This document shows, piece after piece, positions 19,599-30,564 of a stretch of 32,000 nucleotides of DNA (the stretch's first letter is position 1; each line of letters starts with the position of its first letter). The notes under the pieces were generated by a model. It was not told the DNA's origin and made no database searches. It saw only the letters and a list, made by a program, of their open reading frames with translations. A program made the translations under genes and the position numbers. Origin of the DNA: Wolbachia endosymbiont strain TRS of Brugia malayi (GTDB lineage: Bacteria; Pseudomonadota; Alphaproteobacteria; Rickettsiales; Anaplasmataceae); contig NC_006833.1 in assembly GCF_000008385.1 (NCBI RefSeq), positions 390,001 through 422,000 of the forward strand, in the 5' to 3' direction.

Positions 19599-21044
19599 CT
19601 ACCTTTCTATAAAAGACCTATCGACTGTTGCAATTATAGGCATAAATAAGAACGATAAGAGAGTACGGGATTGAGTAACTATATACACCTCAGCTGGCAT
19701 ACCAGGATACAGGTACACATTTTTAAACTGGACAAGCTCTGACTTTGGTATCACTACACGTACTGAATAATAACGTCCTAATCTTGGATCGTCGAGAGCA
19801 TCAGGAGAAATATGGCTTACTATACCATTAATTAAGCTTAAACGACGTGAACTGTAAGCACTTAACCGAACTTTAACCTTCAGCCCTTTTAAACCGTCAA
19901 TAGAGACTATATTACTATCTTTTTTTTGTGCAGAAATTATCTCCTCTATATTTCTAGTCTGGATTTTGGCGTCTATTATTAAGTCATCATTTGATGGCAC
20001 TATACTCATAATCGGAACACCAGACTGTATTACACCACCTTCTGTATGGTACCTTATATCTGTGACTATTCCATCTTGAGGCGATCTAATTACTGTACGC
20101 GCTAATGCATCTTCTGCAACCATTAGTCTTTCTTTCAAATCAGCAATAGATGTGTCAACTTCTTTAAGTTCAGTATTTGCTCTTTCCTGAGAATCATTTT
20201 TTACATTTATAATTTCTAATTCGTTCTCTCCAATTTTTTGCTGCACTTGAGATATTGCAGCACGGTAATAACCGACTTTACCTTCAATTTCGGCAAACTG
20301 TTTTTCTAAAGCTAAAATGTGTGGTTTGCCTATGTGACCATTGATAAGAAGCTTTCTTTTTGTTTCCAGTTCCTCAGCTATTAAATTATATTGTTTGAAT
20401 ACTGCACCCAACTGAGAATTTAGTCCCACTAACTCATTATGCAACTGCTTTATACGTTGTTGTAGTATGTCAGTTTTCCCTAATATACTCTTGCGCTGAG
20501 AGTTTAACAATTTTATCTGATTTTTCATCACTTTATTTGCAAGTTCATCATTGGATAATTTTTTAACTTCATCAGGAAATTCAACTGTGTCAAAATCTCC
20601 CCTAATCGCAATAAGTCTTGCTTCAGTTACCAAAAGTGATAAGAGTTTTTCTTTGATTATGCTTAAATTTGCCCTCTCATTAACATCACTTAACAAAACT
20701 AAAGGCTCACCTTTTTTAACTACCTGGCCCTCTTTGACCAAAATTTTGCTTATTATTCCCCCACCTAAGTGTTGAATTACCTTCCTATTTGAAGATACAA
20801 TCACCTCTCCACTTGCATGTACTGCCCCATCAATTGGAGCTACAGCCGACCAAATACCGCCTATTCCAAAAAAGATGAGTATCACTGCTAAACCAAAAAA
20901 TAGAGGCCCCCATGTTACCCTCAGGACCTCATTTACATTATTACCCTCACGCTTTAAAATAAAATTTACCATTGCATCAATTAATGCAAACGTTTTATCT
21001 AAAAATTTTGGATACTTCTTTTTTTTATTTTTTGTTCCTTGCAT
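19599..21044 (-). CDS. HlyD family type I secretion periplasmic adaptor subunit
   Basis: WSAVAPIDGAVHASGEVIVSSNRKVIQHLGGGIISKILVKEGQVVKKGEPLVLL; coiled-coil middle; TVIRSPQDGIVTDIRYHTEGGVI; VYPGMPAEVYI. Confidence 0.93.
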   Translation of the reverse strand: MQGTKNKKKKYPKFLDKTFALIDAMVNFILKREGNNVNEVLRVTWGPLFFGLAVILIFFGIGGIWSAVAPIDGAVHASGEVIVSSNRKVIQHLGGGIISKILVKEGQVVKKGEPLVLLSDVNERANLSIIKEKLLSLLVTEARLIAIRGDFDTVEFPDEVKKLSNDELANKVMKNQIKLLNSQRKSILGKTDILQQRIKQLHNELVGLNSQLGAVFKQYNLIAEELETKRKLLINGHIGKPHILALEKQFAEIEGKVGYYRAAISQVQQKIGENELEIINVKNDSQERANTELKEVDTSIADLKERLMVAEDALARTVIRSPQDGIVTDIRYHTEGGVIQSGVPIMSIVPSNDDLIIDAKIQTRNIEEIISAQKKDSNIVSIDGLKGLKVKVRLSAYSSRRLSLINGIVSHISPDALDDPRLGRYYSVRVVIPKSELVQFKNVYLYPGMPAEVYIVTQSRTLLSFLFMPIIATVDRSFIER

Positions 21045-21346
21045 GCTTACGTTATCACTATGGCCAAGTAGACCTGTAAAAAAAACAGCACTAAAATTTT
21101 TTTAACTTACTTATCATATACTACTGCAAACTTGCGTTAACGCAAGATAACACATAAAAACAAAGGATCCATGACTTAAGTACTTAATTTAGGCCGTGTA
21201 ATATCAGAATAAACCATTTAGTAACAATCCCTGTGTTGTATTTTGATCAACTTAAGCTTTTGCGGATATCCAAGCTGCTCAATTTATGCAGAGATCTATT
21301 GCCAATCAGTCAATATTCTGTTAGTAGTCAGGAAAATAAAATTACC

Positions 21347-22081
21347 ATGTTTAGATTAGAAGGCAGAAAATTCCTAGTTACCGGTGCATCAGGTGGAATA
21401 GGGCAGGCAATTGTAAAAACTATGCATAAAGCTGGAGCAATTCTATGCGTTTCTGGTACAAAAAAAGAAACCCTAGAAGGAGTTGCTAAACTATATGAAA
21501 AAAATATTTATATACTTCCTTGTAATTTATTAAATACTGAGGAAGTAAACCAGCTAATAAATAGAGCAAGTAAGTTGATGGGAGGCTTAGATGGGCTTGT
21601 ATGTAATGCAGGCGTTACACAGGATAGTTTATTACTGAGAATGACAGATGAAGCATGGCAAAAAGTGGTTGATATTAACTTAAGTTCTACATTTAAACTC
21701 AACAGAGAAGCATATAAGAAACTAACTAAAAATAATTGGGGAAGAATTATAAATATTTCCTCAATAATAGGGCTGACAGGAAATGCTGGGCAAGCAAATT
21801 ATGCAGCGTCTAAGGCTGGCATCATAGCTATGAGCAAATCTATAGCAAAAGAAGTTGCAAGCCGCAATATAACAGTAAATTGCATTGCTCCTGGGTTTAT
21901 GGACACTAAGATGACTAAAATTTTAACTGAAGAACAAAAGAAAAAAATATTAGATAATATTCCAATGAAAAGAATGGGAACAGGAGAAGAAATAGCAGCA
22001 GGAGTTCTGTTTTTAGCAAGTGATGAGGCAAAATACATCACAGGACATGTGCTTAATATTAATGGTGGTTTATTTATGTAG
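21347..22081 (+). CDS. fabG: 3-oxoacyl-ACP reductase (SDR family)
   Basis: VTGASGGIGQAIV, CNAGVTQD, NYAASKAG, CIAPGFMDT motifs; the tracked ORF starts at 21233 but the homologous N-terminus MFRLEGRKFLVTGASGG begins at the ATG at 21347. Confidence 0.93.
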   Translation: MFRLEGRKFLVTGASGGIGQAIVKTMHKAGAILCVSGTKKETLEGVAKLYEKNIYILPCNLLNTEEVNQLINRASKLMGGLDGLVCNAGVTQDSLLLRMTDEAWQKVVDINLSSTFKLNREAYKKLTKNNWGRIINISSIIGLTGNAGQANYAASKAGIIAMSKSIAKEVASRNITVNCIAPGFMDTKMTKILTEEQKKKILDNIPMKRMGTGEEIAAGVLFLASDEAKYITGHVLNINGGLFM

Positions 22082-22183
22082 TAACACCTTATGTATAGAC
22101 AAGCCATAAATTTTACTTTAAAATAAATATATGTAAACTAAAATTGTCTTTATTAAGCTAGTTTATTATTTGAAGGGAAAAAA

Positions 22184-22525
22184 ATGAACTCTATAACAAA
22201 AAAATTTTTTAGTGTTTTATGTGTAGTATTGCTTTTCTCTTTCTCAGGCTATGCAGTTACCACTGGCTCTGGTGTAGATGATACAACTGCCCAAGTAATA
22301 TGTAACATTATTGGGTATGTTTGGGGGATAGGTGGTCCACTCATGACAGTAGTAATAATTGGTGCGTCTTTGCTTGCAATATTTGGCAGAATGCCTTGGC
22401 CAGCTCTCTTTGCTTTAGGTATGTTTTGCGGTGTATTTTTTGGTGCTAAGGCAATCATAATGAACATCATGCCTAATGTAAGTGATAATGTAAAAGTCAT
22501 GTTGGAAAAGTGCGGAACAAAGTAA
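22184..22525 (+). CDS. virB2: TrbC/VirB2 family type IV secretion pilin
   Basis: 113 aa with signal-like N-terminus and two hydrophobic helices (VICNIIGYVWGIGGPLMTVVIIGASLLAIFGRMPWPALFALGMFCGVFFGAKAII), the VirB2/TrbC layout. Confidence 0.8.
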   Translation: MNSITKKFFSVLCVVLLFSFSGYAVTTGSGVDDTTAQVICNIIGYVWGIGGPLMTVVIIGASLLAIFGRMPWPALFALGMFCGVFFGAKAIIMNIMPNVSDNVKVMLEKCGTK

Positions 22526-22550
22526 CCTCTAAAAGTAAAGGCGGCTTTTA

Positions 22551-23831
22551 CTATTCATTGAACCGTTTCATATCTTCAATTTGCAACAAGTAGGGGCTAT
22601 CTTTTGGTAAATTTCTAACAGCTAACTCAGCATACTTTACAAATTGCTTTAAATTACCTTCAATACAAGCCTTCTTTGTTAAAGCAAAATAATGCATTGC
22701 TATATTAGCATCGCACTTATATGCAATGCCTAAATGTTTCCAGACAAAAGCATTGTTCGGTTCTACGCTTACAATTTGCTCTAGATGAAAAATTGCTTTC
22801 TTTATATCACCATACAATAATAAAGCATGGGATAATGCAAGTTTTACTAAGTAACTGTTTTTCTCAGATAAATACTTGAGTGATTCTTCATACATTTTTA
22901 CTGCTTCATTTAAATTTCCAGTCTTGTACAGCATTTCTGCTTTTAATTCATATAAGTACGGATCATTGCTTGACTCTTGAATCAGCGAATTAACTTTAGC
23001 AATAGCCTTTTTTATCTTTCCTTGCCTGTAGTAAATTACAGCACTCACATACTCAGAATTATCTTCATACTTATTAGATAACACATGGATAGGAGAAAAG
23101 AACGAGTCTAGCTTTGCAACCATACGTTTAAACCTTAATAATTTGTCTACAAGAATTGGTTTTACTTCGTTCTTAACCTTATAATTCTGTACAGCAAATA
23201 TGCGCTTACTACTAAGTGGATGAGTGCGGAAATACCCTTCAGCATTTTCATGTTCAATACCTCTAAAGTAGTCAAAAACCTCTTTCATACCTAAATTATC
23301 ATAGCCAGATTCATCAAGGTACTTCAAAGCATAGCTATCTGCTACACTCTCTTGCTCTTGAGAATAGTTAAAAAACAGCCTTGAACTTAGCGTCATACCA
23401 CTAAGCAAAATTGCGCTAGCAATCTGAGGATTAATGATAATAGTAGAAATCAGCCCTACCATATAACTAACTATTGCTATCGATTGAAAGTAACCCACAG
23501 CACTACTCATTTGTGATATATGACCAGCAGATATATGAGCAATCTCGTGTGCCAATATGCTAAGCAGAGCGTAAGGTTCGGTCGAATATTGCAAAAGCCC
23601 CAAGTGAATAAAAATACTATTATTATTAATTACGAAAGCATTGATCGAATTATCATTAATTATAAAAACTCTTATCCAGTTATCATCAATACCTGCAGCA
23701 GAAAATAAGGGGTGTGCTAGCTCTTTCACCACTGCCTCCACTTCACTATCTCTAATAACACTAATAGAGTAAGCGCTATTGCAATATACAAAAAAGAATA
23801 ATAGGATAAAAAACTTAGCAACTTTAAACAT
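22551..23831 (-). CDS. M48 family metalloprotease with TPR repeats (BepA-like)
   Basis: Signal peptide; HEIAHISAGH zinc motif; ESVADSYALKYLDESGYD; C-terminal tetratricopeptide-like helices. Confidence 0.88.
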   Translation of the reverse strand: MFKVAKFFILLFFFVYCNSAYSISVIRDSEVEAVVKELAHPLFSAAGIDDNWIRVFIINDNSINAFVINNNSIFIHLGLLQYSTEPYALLSILAHEIAHISAGHISQMSSAVGYFQSIAIVSYMVGLISTIIINPQIASAILLSGMTLSSRLFFNYSQEQESVADSYALKYLDESGYDNLGMKEVFDYFRGIEHENAEGYFRTHPLSSKRIFAVQNYKVKNEVKPILVDKLLRFKRMVAKLDSFFSPIHVLSNKYEDNSEYVSAVIYYRQGKIKKAIAKVNSLIQESSNDPYLYELKAEMLYKTGNLNEAVKMYEESLKYLSEKNSYLVKLALSHALLLYGDIKKAIFHLEQIVSVEPNNAFVWKHLGIAYKCDANIAMHYFALTKKACIEGNLKQFVKYAELAVRNLPKDSPYLLQIEDMKRFNE

Positions 23832-23902
23832 GAGAATTCTGTACTTGTATAGTTAGCAGGAATCTTATATTTTAACACTTAAATTATACAAATTTATAAA
23901 CG

Positions 23903-24556
23903 CTAGCTTAGTTTTTTAATGTAGCGTATAAGTTTATCGATGGTAGTTAACTTAATATTATGTTGTTCAGCAAATTTAAGCAATTCAGGCAAGCGCATCA
24001 TAGAACCGTCATCATTTACTAATTCACACCCTACAGCTGCATGATTATAGCCAATTAACTTTGCTATTTCAACACTTGCCTCAGTATGACCATTACGTGC
24101 TAAAACCCCACCATCGTTTGCAATAATAGGAAAAACATGACCAGGAGTAATAATATCATCTTGAGTACTCTTCCCGTCAATAGCAGTAAGTATCGTATGC
24201 GTTCTATCATGAGCAGAAACACCAGTTGCAATACCATAACGTGCATCGATCGATGTAGTGAATGCAGTATGAGGAGTAAGCTTTTCATCTATATTACTTC
24301 TTCTCATAAACTCAAGACCAAGCCTACCCATATGAAGCCTTGTCATAGCTAGAAATACAATACCAGTACCATACCTAACCATAAAAGCCACATGCTCTGG
24401 CTTTAGTTTTTCAGCTAAGACGATCAGATCACCTTCATTTTCTCTATTCTCATCATCAACTAAAATAAACAACTTACCAAAACGAGCATCTTCTAACACA
24501 TCTTCCACAGAAGAAATGCCGGGTAGACTTATTGATGCATACGTGGCCTGTACCAT
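23903..24556 (-). CDS. ribB: 3,4-dihydroxy-2-butanone-4-phosphate synthase
   Basis: VDDENRENEGDLIVLAEKL, FTTSIDARYGIATGVSAHDR, GHVFPIIANDGGVLARNGHTEASVEIAKL. Confidence 0.95.
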   Translation of the reverse strand: MVQATYASISLPGISSVEDVLEDARFGKLFILVDDENRENEGDLIVLAEKLKPEHVAFMVRYGTGIVFLAMTRLHMGRLGLEFMRRSNIDEKLTPHTAFTTSIDARYGIATGVSAHDRTHTILTAIDGKSTQDDIITPGHVFPIIANDGGVLARNGHTEASVEIAKLIGYNHAAVGCELVNDDGSMMRLPELLKFAEQHNIKLTTIDKLIRYIKKLS

Positions 24557-24559
24557 AAT

Positions 24560-25054
24560 TTACTTAAATTCAATCTTAACTATTTTATACAATTTCTCTC
24601 CGCTTGGCACTGTCACTTCCACGTATTCACCAACTTTTTTGCCGATTAAAGCACTACCCAAAGGTGAACTAGTAGATATCAACTGTTTTGAAACATCAGC
24701 CTCGTACTCACCTACAATTTTATAAATATATTCTACTTCACTATCATCGTCATTTAACATGCTCAATGTTACGGTTGCACCAAACATTACTGAATCACCG
24801 GACAAGTTTTTCACTTCTATTATTTCTGCATGTGAAAGCTTGTTTTCTAATTCCATTATACGACCTTCAATAAAACCTAACCTTTCCCGTGCAGCATGAT
24901 ACTCCGCATTTTCGGATAAATCACCTTGATCACGAGCATCAGAAATAGCTTGTATAATGGAAGGTTTTTCTTCCTTTAATTTCTCAAGTTCAGCTTGTAT
25001 ATGTTCAAAACCTTCTCTTGTTATAGGAAACTTTTTAATAATGGATGAAGACAT
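24560..25054 (-). CDS. greA: transcription elongation factor GreA
   Basis: PITREGFEHIQAELEKLKEEKPSIIQAISDARDQGDLSENAEYHAARERLGFIEGRI; SPLGSALIGKKVGEYVEVTVPSG. Confidence 0.97.
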   Translation of the reverse strand: MSSSIIKKFPITREGFEHIQAELEKLKEEKPSIIQAISDARDQGDLSENAEYHAARERLGFIEGRIMELENKLSHAEIIEVKNLSGDSVMFGATVTLSMLNDDDSEVEYIYKIVGEYEADVSKQLISTSSPLGSALIGKKVGEYVEVTVPSGEKLYKIVKIEFK

Positions 25055-25062
25055 AACACTAC

Positions 25063-26604
25063 CTAAACGCCATTAAATTGAGCAACAAAATTACTCACAA
25101 TATTGAAAATATCATCTTTTATATCATCACTCATACTGTCTGACAACTTTTTTAAAACTTCAGGGTACGTAGTATGAAAATAATTAATAAGGTCATATTT
25201 GAATTTATTGATGTCACTTATTTGTATTCTACTTAACTGATCATACAGGTTAGAAAAAATGTACATCAGAACTACTTGCTCTTCCACTGGCATAGGTAAA
25301 TGCTGTTTCTGCTTTAATAGCTCAACAAGATATTTACCCTTATTTAAAGACAATTGAACACTAGCATCAAGATCAGAACCAAACTTTGCAAAATCTTCTA
25401 ATTCTCTATATTGAGCTAAACTTAACTTTATAGAACCAGCAACTTTTTTGACGGATTTCAATTGCGCAGCAGAACCAACCCGTGAAACTGATAAACCTAT
25501 ATTTACCGCAGGGCGAAATCCTTTATGAAACAATTCAGACTCAAGAAAGATTTGTCCATCGGTGATCGAAATCACGTTAGTTGGAACATATGCAGATACA
25601 TCACCAGCTTGAGTCTCAATAATTGGCAAAGCAGTTAGAGATCCTCGTCCTTTCTCATCAGACATTTTAGCAGCCCTTTCAAGCAAACGGGAATGCACAT
25701 AGAATATATCTCCAGGATAAGCTTCACGACCAGGAGGACGTCTCAGCAGTAAAGACATTTGCCTATATGCTACAGCATGCTTAGATAAATCATCATATAC
25801 CACCAAGCAATGCATCCCATTATCACGGAAAAATTCTCCAATAGTGCAACCAGCATAAGGCGCCAAAAACTGCATAGGTGCACAGTCAGATGCACTAGCC
25901 ACAACTACAGTGGTATATTCTAATGCTCCACTTTCTTTTAGCTTATTTACTACTTTTGCCACAGTTGAAATTTTTTGTCCAATAGCAACATAAACGCAGT
26001 AAACTTTCTGATTTTCGTCTACTTCATCATTAATCTTCTTTTGATTAACAATAGTATCAAGCGCAATAGTAGTTTTACCGATTTGTCTATCGCCGATAAC
26101 TAATTCACGCTGCCCTCTACCTATTGGAATCAGCAAATCTATAATTTTAATTCCTGTTTGCAGGGGCTCATGTACAGATTTACGGTCAATGATACCCGGT
26201 GCTTTAGATTCCATATCCATTCTGTTCTTAGATCTAATCTCCCCACTGTTATCTATAGAATGGCCCAATGCATTTACAACTCTTCCCAATAACTCATGCC
26301 CTACAGGCACTTGCATAACATCACCACTGCATTTTACAGTATCCCCTTCTTTCACGTCACGGTCATTACCAAGTACCACTATTCCAGCTGTATCATGATC
26401 CAAATCAAGCACTATTCCTTCTACACCACTTGTAAAAAATACCTTTTCACCGAATTTTGCTTTTTCAAGCCCATAAACCAATGCAATACCATCAGTCACT
26501 GAAATCACTTCACCTATATTTTCCTTTTTTATAGGGTTATCAAATGCCTCAACCTTCTCTCTTATTATATTTACTATCTCAGAAGTATTTATACTATTTT
26601 TCAT
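25063..26604 (-). CDS. atpA: F0F1 ATP synthase subunit alpha
   Basis: [24 protein letters not shown] Walker A; [21 protein letters not shown]; [17 protein letters not shown]. Confidence 0.98.
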
Positions 26605-27161
26605 ATAAAATTCCTTGTTTTTAATATTTCCACTTTACTTAAATCAACTAACCTATCTAAGTAACTTTTCAACGAAGCATCAATTAAATTAAAACCATAC
26701 TTGACTATAAAACCACCTAGTATAGAAGGGTCAACCGCATTGTCCACTCTTACTATTTTACCAAGAAAGCTCAAAGATTCAGTAATTATTTTTATATTGG
26801 ATTCGCTTAAAGTTTCCGCTGACTTTATAGTAATTTCTAATTCATTCTCACTTTCTCTTACAAGAGTTAAGAACTTTTCTAATACAGAGATTAATAAATT
26901 AGAGCGCTTATTTGCAAATATAACTGCAATAAATTTCACTAAACTCTCACTCAAGTGTTCATTTACAGAAAATATTACTTCTTTTTTGCGTGCAAAAGAA
27001 ATCATAGGATGGGATAGATATATAAAGACATCATGTTGACTTTTAAAAAAAGCTAACAAAAATTCCACTTCTTTTCTCACAACACTTAGCTTATTCTCTG
27101 AGACAAGAAACAGCGCTCTAGCGTAAGATGAAACTAAATTATTGTATTGGGTCCTTTTCAT
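26601..27161 (-). CDS. atpH: F0F1 ATP synthase subunit delta
   Basis: [10 protein letters not shown] near N-terminus, C-terminal [29 protein letters not shown]; 4-nt overlap with atpA. Confidence 0.93.
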
Positions 27162-27190
27162 ACTAAATTATCTATATAAACCTTTCACTC

Positions 27191-27535
27191 TTAAGCCAAG
27201 CATTTTTTATATAGGCAGGCCCTCTTTGTTAAGGAAAGGAAGCATAAATCATATCTGATTGGATAATCTAAAAAACTAAGCTTCTCACTTAGGAAATATT
27301 TAGAGGAGTTTACAATAGATTGATACTGAAGATAAGATATTAATATATCTTCTCCAAGCAGGCTTGCTTTAACTTCTATAAAAATCAGCTCTTTTTTTTT
27401 AGATACAATTAAGTCAATTTCACTAAACTTACAACAATAACAGTATTTTATAACATAATACCATTTCAACTTCAAATATAATAAAATTAATAACTCATCA
27501 AAATAACCTACAAAACAGTGCAATCTACTCACCAT
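27191..27535 (-). CDS. YraN/UPF0102 family protein
   Basis: EIDLIVSKKKELIFIEVKA core motif of the predicted nuclease-like UPF0102 family; weakly conserved flanks. Confidence 0.75.
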   Translation of the reverse strand: MVSRLHCFVGYFDELLILLYLKLKWYYVIKYCYCCKFSEIDLIVSKKKELIFIEVKASLLGEDILISYLQYQSIVNSSKYFLSEKLSFLDYPIRYDLCFLSLTKRACLYKKCLA

Positions 27536-27553
27536 AAGAAACTATGATAATAA

Positions 27554-27982
27554 TTAACTTTTCGTCGCTACTTCATTTTTCTCTTTATTTTTATCACAAA
27601 CCTTACCTTTTGCTGTAACATCCCTATTAACTAGTTCTATTACTGCCATTGAAGCACAATCACCCTTTCGAGTACTAAATTTCATTACTCTAGAATAACC
27701 ACCTTTACAACCTTGATAACGGCTAGCTAAAACATTTAGCAACTTATCAACTACCAATTTATTATTATGAAGGCGCGAAAGTAGTAGCCTTCTACCATGT
27801 AAAGTATTCTTATTCTTAGCAATCGTAATAAACTTTTCCACATACGGACGAAGCTCCTTAGCCTTCGGTAAAGTAGTTATAATCTGCTCATGATTAATTA
27901 ATGAAATAGATAAATTCTTTAACATCGATAATCTATGTTCAGTACAACGAGATAGCTTACGTTTTTTTATTTTATGTTTCAT
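27554..27982 (-). CDS. rplQ: 50S ribosomal protein L17
   Basis: MKHKIKKRKLSRCTEHRLSMLKNLSISLINHEQIITTLPKAKELRPYVEKFITIAK. Confidence 0.97.
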   Translation of the reverse strand: MKHKIKKRKLSRCTEHRLSMLKNLSISLINHEQIITTLPKAKELRPYVEKFITIAKNKNTLHGRRLLLSRLHNNKLVVDKLLNVLASRYQGCKGGYSRVMKFSTRKGDCASMAVIELVNRDVTAKGKVCDKNKEKNEVATKS

Positions 27983-27989
27983 ATATCAC

Positions 27990-29057
27990 CTAATCTTCAT
28001 CAGTATGTTGCCTAGCCAATTCATCTATGTCCTTAGGTGGCCAATCTGGTATATCCATACCCAAAGATAAGCCAAAATTATTTAAAACCGCCTTAATTTC
28101 ATTTAAAGACTTTCTCCCAAAATTAGCAGTTCTTAACATTTCACTTTCTGTCTTTTGTACAAGATCACCTATATAAGTAATATTTTCATTCTTTAAGCAA
28201 TTATGAGACCTGACAGATAACTCCATTTCATCTACTTTACGCAATAAGATAGGGTCATAACCCAAATCTTTATAACCACTAGGCGAAGAAACCTGTGATT
28301 TTTTATAACTTATATCAGAGCTAATAAAAGGCTGAAGTTGCTCCTGCAATATCCTTGCAGCAGAGTCAACAGCTTGACTCGGAGAAATTGTACCATCAGT
28401 TTCAACTGACAATATCAATTTATCCTTATCAGTAACTTGACCAACACGACTATTTTCTACTCTATACGAAACTCTGTTTATAGGACTATATAAAGCATTA
28501 ACCGGAATAAAACTAATTAGATCCTGCTCATTCATAGGCTTCAAAAATTCATTTTCCTTATATTTAGTTACGGGAAGGTAACCTTTTCCGCTAGCCACAT
28601 ATATAGTCATGTTGAGCTCTACATCCTGTCCCAGTGTACATATCAGCAGATCTTTATTAACAATAGAGCACTGATCATCAGTTTCTATCATCCCAGCTAA
28701 TACCTGACAAGGCCCTTTAGCACTCAAGCTTAGGCATTTATTAGAAGTGCCATTTAATTTACACCTCAACATACCCATATTCAATACTATATCAGTCACA
28801 TCTTCTCTTACTCCTTGAATTGAAGTAAATTCATGAGTTATACCATCAATTTTTATCCCATAAACAGCACTACCTATAAGAGAAGACAACATTACACGCC
28901 TTAATGCATTACCTAATGTTAAAGCAAAACCACTTTCCAATGGTTCTAGCACTATATCACCCTTTTCACTTGAGTCACTTGATACTACTTTCATTGAATT
29001 AGGCTTAGTTAATTTATCTAAACTGTCAAAAACAGGAATACCGTCGTCATAATACAT
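27990..29057 (-). CDS. rpoA: DNA-directed RNA polymerase subunit alpha
   Basis: [28 protein letters not shown]; C-terminal [29 protein letters not shown]...[10 protein letters not shown]. Confidence 0.98.
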   Translation of the reverse strand: MYYDDGIPVFDSLDKLTKPNSMKVVSSDSSEKGDIVLEPLESGFALTLGNALRRVMLSSLIGSAVYGIKIDGITHEFTSIQGVREDVTDIVLNMGMLRCKLNGTSNKCLSLSAKGPCQVLAGMIETDDQCSIVNKDLLICTLGQDVELNMTIYVASGKGYLPVTKYKENEFLKPMNEQDLISFIPVNALYSPINRVSYRVENSRVGQVTDKDKLILSVETDGTISPSQAVDSAARILQEQLQPFISSDISYKKSQVSSPSGYKDLGYDPILLRKVDEMELSVRSHNCLKNENITYIGDLVQKTESEMLRTANFGRKSLNEIKAVLNNFGLSLGMDIPDWPPKDIDELARQHTDED

Positions 29058-29078
29058 AAAATAACCTTTTCAAATATC

Positions 29079-29465
29079 TTATACCCTTCTTTTTTTTCTT
29101 AACCTACATCCATTATGAGAAATCGCAGTCTTATCCGCAATTGAGGTAACTGTTAACCCGCAGCTCTGAAGTGCTTTAACTGCAGCCTCGGTACCAAAAC
29201 CAGGGCCACGAATTATTACAGAAACAACCTTCATACCAAATTTCTCTATCGCAGTTTTTGCAGCAACCTCTGAGGCTTTACCCGCAGCATAAGGTGTAGA
29301 CTTTCTTGAGCCTGAAAAACCATGTGCACCTACGGAAGTTTGGTACAGAGTGTTACCTTGAACATCAGTCACATTTATGAAAGTATTATTAAAAGTTGCA
29401 CGAATGTGAATAACCCCAGTAACAAACTTCTTTGCGCTTTTACCAACCGTTCTGACCTTTTTCAT
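29079..29465 (-). CDS. rpsK: 30S ribosomal protein S11
   Basis: [49 protein letters not shown]; [15 protein letters not shown]. Confidence 0.98.
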
Positions 29466-29486
29466 TAAAACTCACAATAATAAATT

Positions 29487-29855
29487 TCATTCTTTTCCAG
29501 CAATAGGCAAACGAGATTTACCTTTACGAGTTTTAGCATTGGTATGAGTCCTTTGCCCCCTTACAGGTAAACCTTTTCTGTGTCTCACTCCCCTATAGCA
29601 CCCCATCTCTACTAAAGACTTTATATTCATAGCCACTTCTTTTCTGAGATCACCCTCTATGGAATAATTTTGCCTAATGAAGCTGTTAATTTTTTCTATA
29701 TCTTTATCTCGCAATTCCGAAACACGTTTACTCTTGTCAATCCCGCAAGCATGGCAAATTATATTTGCAGTAGAAATACCTATACCATATATATAAGTTA
29801 ATCCAAAAGGAATACATTTCTTTACTGGAACATTTACACCTGCAATACGCGTCAC
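29487..29855 (-). CDS. rpsM: 30S ribosomal protein S13
   Basis: [26 protein letters not shown]; [27 protein letters not shown]. Confidence 0.98.
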   Translation of the reverse strand: MTRIAGVNVPVKKCIPFGLTYIYGIGISTANIICHACGIDKSKRVSELRDKDIEKINSFIRQNYSIEGDLRKEVAMNIKSLVEMGCYRGVRHRKGLPVRGQRTHTNAKTRKGKSRLPIAGKE

Positions 29856-29913
29856 GATACTCCGATATTTTATTAATAATAATTCTTAATTTATATCATA
29901 AAACAACTCAGAG

Positions 29914-30564
29914 TCAAACTAAACTGCAAGAAATTTTACTTTCAATCTCTTGTTTTACCTGATCAACATTAAGATTAGCGTCAATCATTAATAATTTATC
30001 TCTGTAATACTCACGTAGACTCTTTACTTGGACGTGATATTCGCCTATTCTTCTATCAATTGCAGATAAGTCAGAATCATCAATTCTCTTTTCTAGTCTT
30101 GCACTTTTACATCTCGTACAAACAAGATTATTATCATCTTTGAAAGAAGATGTACTGTATACACTTTTACAGTCCAGGCACACGAGACGATTTTTTAATC
30201 TGTCAATTGCTACCTTATCGTTAAGCTGCAATTCAATTACGATATCCACATCTCTATTATATCTCTCCCGCAAAATCTGAGTTAAGAAATGAGCTTGATT
30301 TAGATTTCTTGGAAAACCGTCGAACAAAAAATTATCATCCATCAATGCAAGCTGGTCATATAATAATTCACATATAACTCCATCTTGAATTAAATTACCA
30401 GATTCTACAGTATCTTTTATTTTTTTGCCTAATTCACTACCACTAGATATAATATTCCTCAATAAATCCCCTACTGAAATTAACTTTAAGTTATACCTTT
30501 CTATTAACAAGCTTGACTGAGTACCTTTACCGGAACCAGGAGGACCAAAAATTGTAATAATCAT
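29914..30564 (-). CDS. adk: adenylate kinase
   Basis: [13 protein letters not shown]-loop; [11 protein letters not shown]; four-cysteine LID (CLDC...CTRC). Confidence 0.97.

Noticed and set aside
27191-27535. YraN-like ORF considered as a possible novel nuclease system with rplQ
   Set aside because: Matches the widespread UPF0102 housekeeping family and has no partner gene suggesting a system.
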